Origin: Candidatus Saccharimonadota bacterium
GTDB lineage: Bacteria > Patescibacteriota > Saccharimonadia > Saccharimonadales > UBA4665
NCBI GenBank assembly: GCA_963716945.1
Contig: OY970322.1
Coordinates: 390,001 to 422,000, forward strand
Length of the DNA stretch: 32,000 bases
Direction of reading: 5' to 3'
Positions 1 to 9,700 of the stretch are shown in pieces. Position 1 is the first letter of the stretch, and the number at the start of each line of letters is the position of its first letter. A program made the position numbers and the translations under genes. The notes under the pieces were generated by a model. That model searched no databases, was not told the origin of the DNA, and saw nothing but the letters and a program-made list of their open reading frames with translations.

Positions 1-2646
1 GATAGCGGCTCCACCAGTAAGAACACCTTGACCTGGTCGGCGGTGACGGGCGCCACGGCTTACATAGTTTACGAGTCGACCAACGGCACGACCTGGTTTT
101 ATAACGAAGTCACTTCCGGCACGACCTCGATAGTTGATAACGGCACTAACTTTACCTGGACAAACTCGGGCACGCCGCCGAGTACCTCGACGACCGGCGG
201 TAACCTGACGGTTGGCGGTACGGTTCTGTTCCAAACCAAAGCCAACTCTACTACCGCTTTCCAAGTCCAAAACGCCGCCGGCAACAACTTCATCCAGGTA
301 GATACCAACGGTGCCAACCTTTATCTTGGTAACACCGGCATCGCCAGCACGATCCAGGTCGGCAACACCACCGGGGCCGTTGCCCAGACTATCGATATCG
401 GCAACAACGCCACCGCCAGCTCTTCGACAACCTTAGTCATCGGTTCGACTGTCGGTACCAGTCCGGTGACTGTCCAGTCCGGTACTTCCGGCACCACTTT
501 CACGCCGGCCGGTGGCAGCTCCAACACCGGCGTGCTGGTAAAACCGGTGTCTAACACCACTGCCGCCTTCCAAGTCCAAAACACCAGTAACGCCGCCGTC
601 CTGAACGTCGACGCGACTAACGGCACCACCACCCTGCAGGTGGCCACCGGCAACGACACGGCCACCCTTGGCGCCAACCTGGCCCCGACCAACTTCAGCA
701 CCGGCTGGACCGGCACCAACTGGACGCTCGCCAGCACCACTGCCGCCCACAACGCCCTGTCCGGCCACACCCAGGCCTTGTCGCCGACCACGCCCTTGGC
801 CACCACCTCCGGCCAGGTCTACCAGATCAGCTACACCATCACCAACCCGACTACCGCCGGCACCAGCCTGACGGTGGCCCTGGGCAGCACTACCATAGCC
901 TTCTACAACTTCGACGCTAACACGGCCGGCACCTACAGCTTCACCGACACCGTCATGGCGACCGCCCCCAGCAATAATGCCAACCTGACCTTCACGCCTG
1001 ATGCCTCCGGCCTGTTCACCGGCACCATATCGGCCGTTTCGGTCCAACTGGTGACCCAAAGCACCCACCCGGCTCTGGTAGTCGACAACGCTTCCGGCAA
1101 CCCCAACGTCCAGCTGCGGGCCAGTTCCGACACCCACAGCCTGCTCTTAGGCTTTGACGCCGGCGAATCCAACAGCAGCGGCACCAACAACACCGCCGTC
1201 GGTACCTATAGCTTGCAGGACAACGGCAGCGGTTCCTCCAACGTCGCCGTCGGTACCTTCGCTCTCCAGAATAACGCTTCCGGCAACGACAACAGCGCCT
1301 TGGGCTACGAGGCTCTCCAGTTCAACACTTCCGGCGGCCAGAACACGGCTATCGGCTACAATACTCTCAGCAGCAACACCACCGGCAGTTACAACGTGGC
1401 TGTCGGCAGCAACGGCCTGGCGTCCAACACCTTAGGCTACTCCAACACCGCCGTCGGCATAGCCACCTTGCAGAACAACACCACCGGCTCCGGCAACATA
1501 GCCCTGGGCAACAACACCTTGGAGAACAACACCACCGGCAACGGCAACATCGGCATCGGCGGCCTGGGCGATAACACTACCGGCAGTAACAACGTCGCTA
1601 TCGGCGGCCTGGGCAGCAACAATGGTTACTCCAACGTCGCTGTTGGTACCTTCAGCCTATACAACAGCACCGGCGTCAGCAACGACACAGCCATCGGTTA
1701 CCAGGCTTTGCAAAACGACGTCGGCGGCAGCTACAACGTCGGCCTGGGCTACGGCGCCAACGTGCTCAACGGCAGCCTGAACCTTAGCGGCGCCGACGCC
1801 ATCGGGGCCGGCACTCAAGTCGGTGCCAGCAATACCACTATCCTGGGCTACGGCCTTGCCAACGGCGCCAACCAGGCCGTCGGCATCGGCACGTCCTTCG
1901 CCCCCAACGAACTGACGGTCAGCCCGCAGACTTACGGCACCAACGGCACCGTAGGCAGCGGCACGACCATCACCCAGGGCAGCGGCTCCGGTACGGTTAC
2001 CGGCTCGGGAACGGCCTGGACTACCGGCATGGTCGGCGGTACCATCTACTACAGCGACGGCAGTACCGGCACGATCACGGCCGTAAGTTCGGGCACCAGC
2101 CTGACCAGCAGCAACACCACCGGCGGCTGGAGTTCGGCTACTTACAACATCGTCTGGGGCGGCTTCAACGTCAGCAACAGCGATACAGTGCTGCTGCAGC
2201 CGACTAGTAACTCTACTACGGCGTTTCAGATTAAGAACAACACCGGCGGTTTGCTGGTAGCGGCCGATACGACTAACATGACGCTGACCATAGACGGCCA
2301 CATCATCACCGGCAACGGCAATGGCGCTACGACCACGGCCACGCTTAACGGTAACGCCGGTACGGGCGGCAGCCCGAGCTGTACCGTCAGCGGTGACGAC
2401 ACCAGCGGTCAGATTACCCTCAAGACGGGCAGCACCAGCGGTTGGGCGGCCGGCATCCAGTGTACGATTAACTTCGGCACCAGCTACGCCAGCGCGCCGC
2501 ACCCGGTCCTGACCCCGGCCAGTAGCCAAGATGTCAGCGCCGTCAAACCGTACGTTACATCGGGCACGGGCAGTTTCACCGTCAGCTTCATCACCGCCGA
2601 TAACGCCCAGCACACTTACGTCTGGAATTACTTCAACGCCCAATAA
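1..2646 (+). CDS. Giant surface fibre protein, paralog A; only the 3' 881 codons are in the window (5' end lies upstream)
   Basis: Frame +1 is open from nt 1 (DSGSTSKNT precedes the track's TTG at 28). Stop is TAA at 2644-2646. Contains an FN3-like 'LTWSAVTGATAYIVYES' and a recurring module junction 'TTAFQVQN..G....VDT'. Also has a CBM/jelly-roll-like block and ~190 aa of 'NTA.G..AL..NT.G..N' repeats in YadA-head/Hep_Hag or phage tail-fibre style. The C-terminal ~115-aa domain ends TYVWNYFNAQ and is shared with three other ORFs. Confidence 0.9.
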   Translation, partial: DSGSTSKNTLTWSAVTGATAYIVYESTNGTTWFYNEVTSGTTSIVDNGTNFTWTNSGTPPSTSTTGGNLTVGGTVLFQTKANSTTAFQVQNAAGNNFIQVDTNGANLYLGNTGIASTIQVGNTTGAVAQTIDIGNNATASSSTTLVIGSTVGTSPVTVQSGTSGTTFTPAGGSSNTGVLVKPVSNTTAAFQVQNTSNAAVLNVDATNGTTTLQVATGNDTATLGANLAPTNFSTGWTGTNWTLASTTAAHNALSGHTQALSPTTPLATTSGQVYQISYTITNPTTAGTSLTVALGSTTIAFYNFDANTAGTYSFTDTVMATAPSNNANLTFTPDASGLFTGTISAVSVQLVTQSTHPALVVDNASGNPNVQLRASSDTHSLLLGFDAGESNSSGTNNTAVGTYSLQDNGSGSSNVAVGTFALQNNASGNDNSALGYEALQFNTSGGQNTAIGYNTLSSNTTGSYNVAVGSNGLASNTLGYSNTAVGIATLQNNTTGSGNIALGNNTLENNTTGNGNIGIGGLGDNTTGSNNVAIGGLGSNNGYSNVAVGTFSLYNSTGVSNDTAIGYQALQNDVGGSYNVGLGYGANVLNGSLNLSGADAIGAGTQVGASNTTILGYGLANGANQAVGIGTSFAPNELTVSPQTYGTNGTVGSGTTITQGSGSGTVTGSGTAWTTGMVGGTIYYSDGSTGTITAVSSGTSLTSSNTTGGWSSATYNIVWGGFNVSNSDTVLLQPTSNSTTAFQIKNNTGGLLVAADTTNMTLTIDGHIITGNGNGATTTATLNGNAGTGGSPSCTVSGDDTSGQITLKTGSTSGWAAGIQCTINFGTSYASAPHPVLTPASSQDVSAVKPYVTSGTGSFTVSFITADNAQHTYVWNYFNAQ
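647..1058 (+). repeat. 412-bp tract 100% identical to 21864-22275 in giant C
   Basis: Line-by-line comparison of the two stretches found no mismatch. The antisense track ORFs 668-871 and 21885-22088 translate identically. The tract encodes the CBM-like block GNDTATLGANLAPTNFSTGWTGTNW...ISAVSVQLVTQ. Confidence 0.95.
1651..2213 (+). repeat. 563-bp tract 100% identical to 22868-23430 in giant C, at the same 21217-nt offset
   Basis: Compared block by block (ttcagcctatacaacagcacc ... ccgactagtaactc). Identity ends at 2213/23430. Confidence 0.95.
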
Positions 2647-2728
2647 CCGTCTGCTAGCGCTTAAAACCGCTCTCCGCCGCTGCAAATCATAGCTTAGTAA
2701 GGGAGTGCTTGGTATAATCGTAAGCAAC

Positions 2729-3553
2729 ATGCGTAAACCGCGCCACTGGAGACTATTACCAACTGTAACCGGGCTGATCCTGATGGCGGTCAGCTTGAGT
2801 CCGGCTAGCGCCGCTTCGGCTAACATATCCCACTCTTATTCGGCAACTGGTAATATCCCAAACGGCACTATCGTCAGTTTGGACCCGCAGCACTCCGGCT
2901 ACGTCGAGCTGGCCAACACCTCCAACGACAGCCGGCTACTGGGAGTAGCGCTGCCCAGCGACCAATCACTATTAGCGGTTGACCCTAATAGCAGCAAGAC
3001 CCAAGTGGCTATCAGCGGTACTGTCGACACCCTGGTGAGTACGGTCAATGGCAATATTAAAGTCGGCGACCAGGTAAGCGTATCACCGTTTAGCGGGGTA
3101 GGTATGGAAGCGGCGCCTGGCAGCCGGACGATCGGCATCGCCCAAACGGCCTTCACATCTAGTACTAGCCAGGCCACGACTGAACGGGTGAAAGATACGT
3201 CCGGCACGAACCAAGAAGTAAAAGTCGGCTACATCCGGCTCACGATAGCCATTAGCAGCAAAAACGGCGGACCCGGCACCGGCTCTCAGGCCAACTTCTT
3301 ACAAAAGGTAGTCAAGTCATTAACTGGCCGCACCATTTCCACGATCCGCATATTGCTTAGCCTGGCGGTCGCTATTATCTCGTTGATTTCGTTGATCACA
3401 CTCATTTACGCCTCGATTTACGGCAGCATTATCTCGATCGGCCGCAACCCTTTGGCCCAAAGCGCCGTTTTCCGAACGCTGGCTTCGGTTATGAGCATGG
3501 CTTTCCTGACTACGGCCATCGCTTGCGTGACGATTTACTATCTGTTGCGTTAG
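2729..3553 (+). CDS. Membrane protein with N-terminal signal/anchor, beta-rich ectodomain module and a C-terminal two-helix hairpin with an IGRNPLA loop; paralog of 10196-11026
   Basis: The track ORF is 2705-3553 (GTG start). I prefer ATG 2729 (MRKPRHWRLL...). The paralog begins MRNMRKYF, and both genes share -10 box + 10 nt + ATGCGTAAA. The hydrophobic h-region ends in ASA. The ectodomain motif 'GNIKVGDQVSVSPFSGVGMEAAPGSRTIGIAQ' matches the paralog and giant C. Two C-terminal TM helices flank 'IGRNPLAQSAVFRTL'. Stop is TAG. Confidence 0.8.
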   Translation: MRKPRHWRLLPTVTGLILMAVSLSPASAASANISHSYSATGNIPNGTIVSLDPQHSGYVELANTSNDSRLLGVALPSDQSLLAVDPNSSKTQVAISGTVDTLVSTVNGNIKVGDQVSVSPFSGVGMEAAPGSRTIGIAQTAFTSSTSQATTERVKDTSGTNQEVKVGYIRLTIAISSKNGGPGTGSQANFLQKVVKSLTGRTISTIRILLSLAVAIISLISLITLIYASIYGSIISIGRNPLAQSAVFRTLASVMSMAFLTTAIACVTIYYLLR

Positions 3554-3629
3554 CCGGCTAAGACTGGTCCGCCTGCTGGTTACCGGCCGCCCCGCGTCCG
3601 GACCATGCTAATTATCAGTTCATTATTTC

Positions 3630-3658
3630 TTGGACTCCTGGTACAAGAGGGATACAAT
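3630..3658 (+). promoter_or_regulatory. Candidate sigma70-type promoter for giant B (TTGGAC-17 nt-TACAAT)
   Basis: TTGGAC at 3630-3635, a 17-nt spacer, and TACAAT at 3653-3658, inside the AT-rich gap 3554-3727. Sequence match only. Confidence 0.35.
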
Positions 3659-3727
3659 ATACTTACGGCTGATAATACCAAAATAGTATTTACAGGGCCC
3701 GGCCCCTAACATAAACACCACAAACAA

Positions 3728-6700
3728 ATGGCAGACCAAAACGAAAGCTTATCCCTTGTCTACGAAGGCTCCTCGGTCGACTCGAGCTTGGAGACGCAAA
3801 GCGAGCCCCAGTTTAAGGCTAACCCGCCGCCTGAATACGAACAGGCGCCCAGACGCCTGTCATCCAGACGCAACCGCCGCAAGCTGCTTATAGTCAATAT
3901 CATCATACTCCTCCTTATTATCATAATAGGGCTGGTCAGCTTTTTCCTCTCTTCCGGCCCCAGGGCCACTAACGCCTCAACCAACCACAAGCTGGTTAGT
4001 TATGCCGCCTCTTCCTTGCCGGTCCAGAACATTCAGCCCAACCAGGCGCTCCAGGTTAGCGAAGCCAACCAGCTGTCCATCAACGGCCAGGTAACTATCG
4101 GTAACACCCTGGTCTTAGCCCCGACCGCTACCCCGACTACCCCGGTTACCGGTCAGATATATTACAACCAGTCTGACAATACGCCTTATTACTACGACGG
4201 TACGCGGTTTGTCAGTTTGGCGTCAGGAGCGGGATTGCAGACTACGGCCCAGAATGCCCCACAGCAGTTCGTGGCCTCCATTGGCGGCAGCAGCGGCTCT
4301 ATCGGCATCGGCAGTGGGCTGGCTCTAAGTGGTGGCGAGCTGCTAGTGCGACTGCAGGCCGGTCCGGGCATAACGGTGAACGGTTCGACGGTCTCCAGTA
4401 GCGGGGTTATCAGCTTGACGGCCGGCAGCTCGAACGTGTTCATTACCCAGGACGGCAAGGGCAACTACACGGTCAGCGACCATATAGCCAACCTGATTAC
4501 CGGCGGCGGTACTACCGGCCAAATTGCGCTTTTCAGCGGCAGCCAAGCCGTTGGCGATTCGATACTGGGACAAGCCGGCGCCAGCCTGACCGTCGCCGGT
4601 TCCTTCGTTGTCCAAAGCGCGGCGTCAGCCGCCTCACTGGCGGTCGCCAACGCTATTTCGGGTGGCACGCTTAGCGTAGCCGGCGGCAAACTGGCGGTGG
4701 ACGGTTCTGGTAATCTGACCCTGCAATCGGGCAGCACGATTTATGCTAATAACCTGGTTCAAACTGACAGTACCCAGCCGGTATCGATTAACGCCGGTGC
4801 TAAGCAGCTTGAATTCACCGCCAACGGCATCAACTTCACGCTCCCTAGTTCCGGCGGATCGACGCAAGTAATCTGCACGACCGGTATCAGTTGCGCTTCC
4901 GGCGGCGGCCAGGCGATTCTGCTGGCACCCAATGACAGCGCTTCGCCGACGGCGCACCCAACCGCACAAACTAACACCGCCGGCGACTTACCGTCGATTT
5001 TTATCAATAACACCGGCGGGGCCAACCTGTTGGAGCTGCAAGGCGACGGCGCGGACACTTTTGTCGTCGGCCAAAGCGGTGACACGGTTATCGCCGGTAC
5101 GCTCGCGGTCCAATCCGCCAATAGCCTGAGCCTCGGTACACCGGGGCCGGCCGGCAATAACGGTTCGGTCAGTTTTGCTAATGCCGCTGGCTTACATACC
5201 GTGACCTTGCAGGCACCAGTGACTGACCCGGCCAGTGATTTGATCTTTACTCTGCCGGCCAGCGACGGTGCCTCGGGTAATTGTATTAAAACTGATGGTA
5301 ACGGCAATCTCAGCTTTGGTAGCTGTGCTAGCGGCAGCGGTGCCACGGCCATTGGAGCGATTGACTCTCAGTCTAAGTCGCTTAATGGTGGCGTTATAAG
5401 CGGAACTAACCTTTATTTACAGTCGGCTGACGCTAATTTCCCCGGCTTAATAACTACTGGTAGCCAGACTCTGGCCGGCGATAAGTCCTTTAACGGTGAT
5501 ATTACTCTGTCCGGCACCGGCACCGGCCTGAGCGTTACTAACTCGGTTACTATCGGCACTGGCCTGACTGTGGCTGCCGGAGGTTTGACTGTCAGTGCCG
5601 GCACGGTTACCTTCAGCGGGCTTAATACGGCGGGCATTGTTACTAATACGTCCGCTGGCGTACTGGGGACAGTTGCTATTATTGGAGTTGGTAACGGCGG
5701 CACCGGTGCAGGCAGCTTTACGTCCGACGGTATCTTGTATGGCAACTCCGGGGGTATTATCCAGGTTACCGGCGCGGCCGCTAGCTCTATACTGGCCACT
5801 AACGCCAGCGATTTGCCGGGCTTGACCCAGACCTTGCCGTCAGCTGTCCAAGGCAACATTACCGCTACTGGTGCTTTGGCCGCCGGTTCTATCGCTTCGA
5901 CGTTTGGTAGTATCTCGACAGCCAGTAATATCCAGACCACGGCAACGGTCCAGGGTACCACGGTTACGGCTACGGGTGCTTTGCAAGGCAACTCCCTCAG
6001 TGTCAATGGCGGCGTGTTTGCTGTTAATAATACTGGGGCCATTACGGCCGCGACAGGTATCAGTTCTTCTGGCACGATCACCTTTAGCGGCCTGGGCACG
6101 GGCATACTGCAAGCCAGCGCCGGCGTGATCGGCCTTTATGGCGGCGGCCTGGTAGCCGGCGTGAAGGACGAGGCCGGAACCAGCCGCGGCGGTACTATAA
6201 CCCTTAACAACGTCACGTTTGGGATCGGAGGGGCCGCCAGCACCCTTACGATCGACACCGCCGACGCCACGCATAACGGGCTAGTTACTAACGGCGTCCA
6301 AACTATTGCTGGAGCCAAGACGTTAAGCGCCAACTTGACGCTGCAAGCCAGCCCGACGGCCTTGACCATTAACGGGCCGCCCAGCGGTACCACGTCCCTG
6401 ATCCAGCTTGGCTCGGCGCTTGGCACCGGCGTCGGCAGCAACATTAACTCCAACGGTACTTTCATCGGCCTTGACGCGGCTAGCGGCAGCAGCGCCGATT
6501 TACTGAATTTTCAGGCTAATGGTGTCAGCGACCTCCGGGTCGACAGTTCGGGCAATGTTTTTACGGCCGGAAACGTTACTGCCAGCGGCAGCCTCGCCGT
6601 CGTGTCGTCCAGCGGAAACACGGTCTCGTTACTAGCACCAAGCGGACTGGCCGCGGCTTCGACACTGACTTTGCCCAGCACTAACTATGGCAGCGCCGGC

Positions 6701-9700
6701 GACTGTCTCAAGCTGGCTTCCGGCAGCAGCGGCAATAACGGCGTTATAGATTTCGAAAACTGTCTCGGGGAACCCGGCGGTCCGCCGACCGGAGCGGCCG
6801 TAATACTGAACGCCGACCCGGTGGGTGGAACCGCCGGCCAGCAGCTCCAAGCGGCCTTTAACATTCAAAGCGCCGCTTACACGACCGGTAACGTCATCGA
6901 GGAGGGGCCGAGCGTTGCCGGGACGGCAGCTAACCTCTTGCAATTAGAGAATAACAGCGGCGTACAGACCTCGGCTTTCTGCCCCAACGGCAGCGAACTG
7001 TTGCTTAACCAGGCACCGAATACCTTTTGTTCGACCGCGAACGGTACCAGCGGCACGCCGTACGCCATAACGATCGGGACTGGTTCTAGCGCCCTGGCTG
7101 GCATTAACTTCGGCGGCGACAGCCAGATTTATCGTTCGGCCGCCAACACCTTCACCTTTGGGTCGGCAGCTTCGAGTCAAACGCTCCAGATATCGGCTAA
7201 TACCACCAACGGCTCGCCGGGCGGCTCGCTGACAATCCAGGGCGGTGCCGCTACGGGCCTGGTCAGCGGCGGCAACATAGTCTTGCAGGTATCACCGCCG
7301 CCGACCGCCGGTACGATTAGAAACTTTATAACCGGCCTGCTAGGGGCCACCGACGTTGCCGAGGACGGTACTTACCTATGGTGGACTACTGGCAGTACCG
7401 TGGGCCGCGCGACCCTTAACGGAAGCAGTACGCCAACCCACATCATCCCGAACTATTTCACGCTTGAAACCAAGCTCAACTACCTCGCGAGCGACGGCAA
7501 TTTCGTTTATATCTCGACTGGAGGTCGTACTATCGACAGGTTCACCATTACCAAAAATAATACTATCCCCACGTTTAGCCAAGGCAGTAACTACTGGCAA
7601 AATTATATCTGTTTGAGCAACGGGACCGTCAGTACCAGTAACGCTTCTTGCCCTAACGGCGGCGGCGACAACCTGCAAGGCCTGGCCTATGATTCTAGCA
7701 ACAAAATCATGTACTGGGCGGACAGGAGTGAAATAGGCGACTACAACACGGTTACTCTGACAGCTACCAACAACTGGTTCGTCACGAGCGGTTTGAGCAC
7801 TACCGGCTGTGGCAGCAACGGTTCCATGAACTCCGTGGGGGTCGATTCTATCAACAACATGATTTACTGGTTCTCGACGACCTGTACTGATATCGGCCAG
7901 GCCAATCTGCCCTCGGGCAATGCCGCGCCTACCAGCATCACGCCGGCCTGGTTTTCGCTTGTCGGCCAGGCCCAGGGCTCCCCATCCAGCATCCAGGGCT
8001 TGACTAGTGATGGAACTAACCTGTACTGGTCTAACATCAACAAAGACAGCATCGGCGACGTCAACATAGCCAGTGTCGCGGCGAACATGGCCAACCCGTC
8101 GAATCCGATCCTGGCTAACAGTAACCTGATATCCAATATCGGCTCGGGTACCGGCAATGGACCGCAGGGCATAGCCGTCAGCCTCACGCCTGGTTACCTG
8201 TATTGGACCCAACCAGTCGGGTCGCCGGGTTACATAGGCCGCGCCCTGGTATTAGCCACCCAGCCCAATCCCGAGCAGACGGTCTTTCAGCTAAGTGGTA
8301 CCGACGGCTCGGCACAGTTTAAGGACGCCGTCGATACTACTTCTAGCTTCCAGGTGCAGGACGCTAACGGGGCCGCGGTCTTCAACGTCGATACTCTTGA
8401 TAACGTCAGTAGCCTGGCCGGGCAATTCACGGCTGCCGGCGGCGTAACCGCCAGCGGCCTAAGCACACCGGCGGCGCCCACGATTACGCCGAACGTCCTC
8501 AATACCTGCTTGAGTTCCTCGACTACTTATACCTACGAGATCAGCGCTATTAACAGTAAGGGCGGTTCGACACCGGCCTCGGCCTTAGGTAGCACGACTT
8601 CGGGCTGCTCGTCGCTTGATACTGCGGGCGATAACATCAGCATTACCTGGACGGCCGTGCCGGGCGCTTACGGCTACAATGTTTACAGGGTAAGCAGCCC
8701 GTACACGGCTGGTTTGATCGGAACCGTGCTTACGGCTGGCGGCAGCCTATCCCTTACCGACACTGGCAACACCACACCGGTTATTTCCGCTACTGCGCCG
8801 CCAGTCAGCGACACCTCCGGCCAGCTGGCCACTTCTGGTGGCGGTGGTCTTTTGATCCAGGACGCCAGCAATACCAGCATTTTCAACGTTACTGCCGGCA
8901 GTACCTTGGCCGGGCTGGTCGCCAATGGCGATTTTGAGAGCCGCGGAACCGGGGGCTGGTTGGTGAAAAGTACCTCGTCTACCTCCACCACAGCTCTCTC
9001 AGCCGTTAATACCCAGGCGTGGGAAGGCCTTTATTCCATGAAAATAGCGGCTTCGGCCCTGGCCAATGACGGTGCCTACTACACCACCTCGTCGCCTATG
9101 GTTAGTTCGACGCAGTACACCTTGAGTTTTTACGCTAGAACCGGAAGCGGCACTATCAGTGACTTGGACGCCGGATACGAAGTGCAGGCGACGGCCACCG
9201 GGACGGGCACGGTGACTTCTACGGATACTAACTGTACCTTGTCAGCTAACTCCGTAAGCACGACCTGGACCCGATACACCTGTACGTTCACAACCGGCAC
9301 TATAACCCAAAACGGCAGTACCACCAGCACGACCAATATCTATATTAATAAGACCGGCAGCTCGGCGGAAACGTTTTACGTCGACGCCGTGCAGCTCCAG
9401 ACTGGCGGTTCGGCGACGGCTTTCAACAGCGGCAATACCATACAGATTAATGGAACTGTCAACACGGCCGTCCTCTTCCAGAACGGCCTTGATTCCACGA
9501 CCGCCTTCCAGGTTCAGAACGCGGCCGGCACGAGCAAGGTATTTGACGTTGACACCTTAGACGGCCGAGTTGGCGTTGGCACCAATGCCCCGGGTAACTT
9601 ATTGAGTATCGGCGCGTTGACGACGGCAGCCGGTACTTACCAGATAGCTGTCACTACCGGTGGCTCGGCTAATAGTGGTATTGTCGTCCAAACGGTGCTC

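Noticed and set aside
647-2213. A diversity-generating retroelement (template/variable repeat pair) as the explanation for the A/C similarity.
   Set aside because: The differences between the copies are clustered blocks with all substitution types, not adenine-specific. The identical tracts are far longer than DGR repeats, and no reverse transcriptase is present in the window.
433-2826. Long antisense or out-of-frame ORFs inside giant A (for example 433-1137 -, 1657-2826 - at 389 aa, 321-806 -).
   Set aside because: Their translations are low-complexity G/A/R/V-rich, as expected when GC3-rich Gly/Thr/Ala/Asn codons are read in other frames. They have no start context, and 1657-2826 would overlap two sense genes. 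The same artefacts recur in B (4759-5352 -, 5413-6105 -, 7376-8212 -) and C (20989-21420 -, 23698-24366 -).
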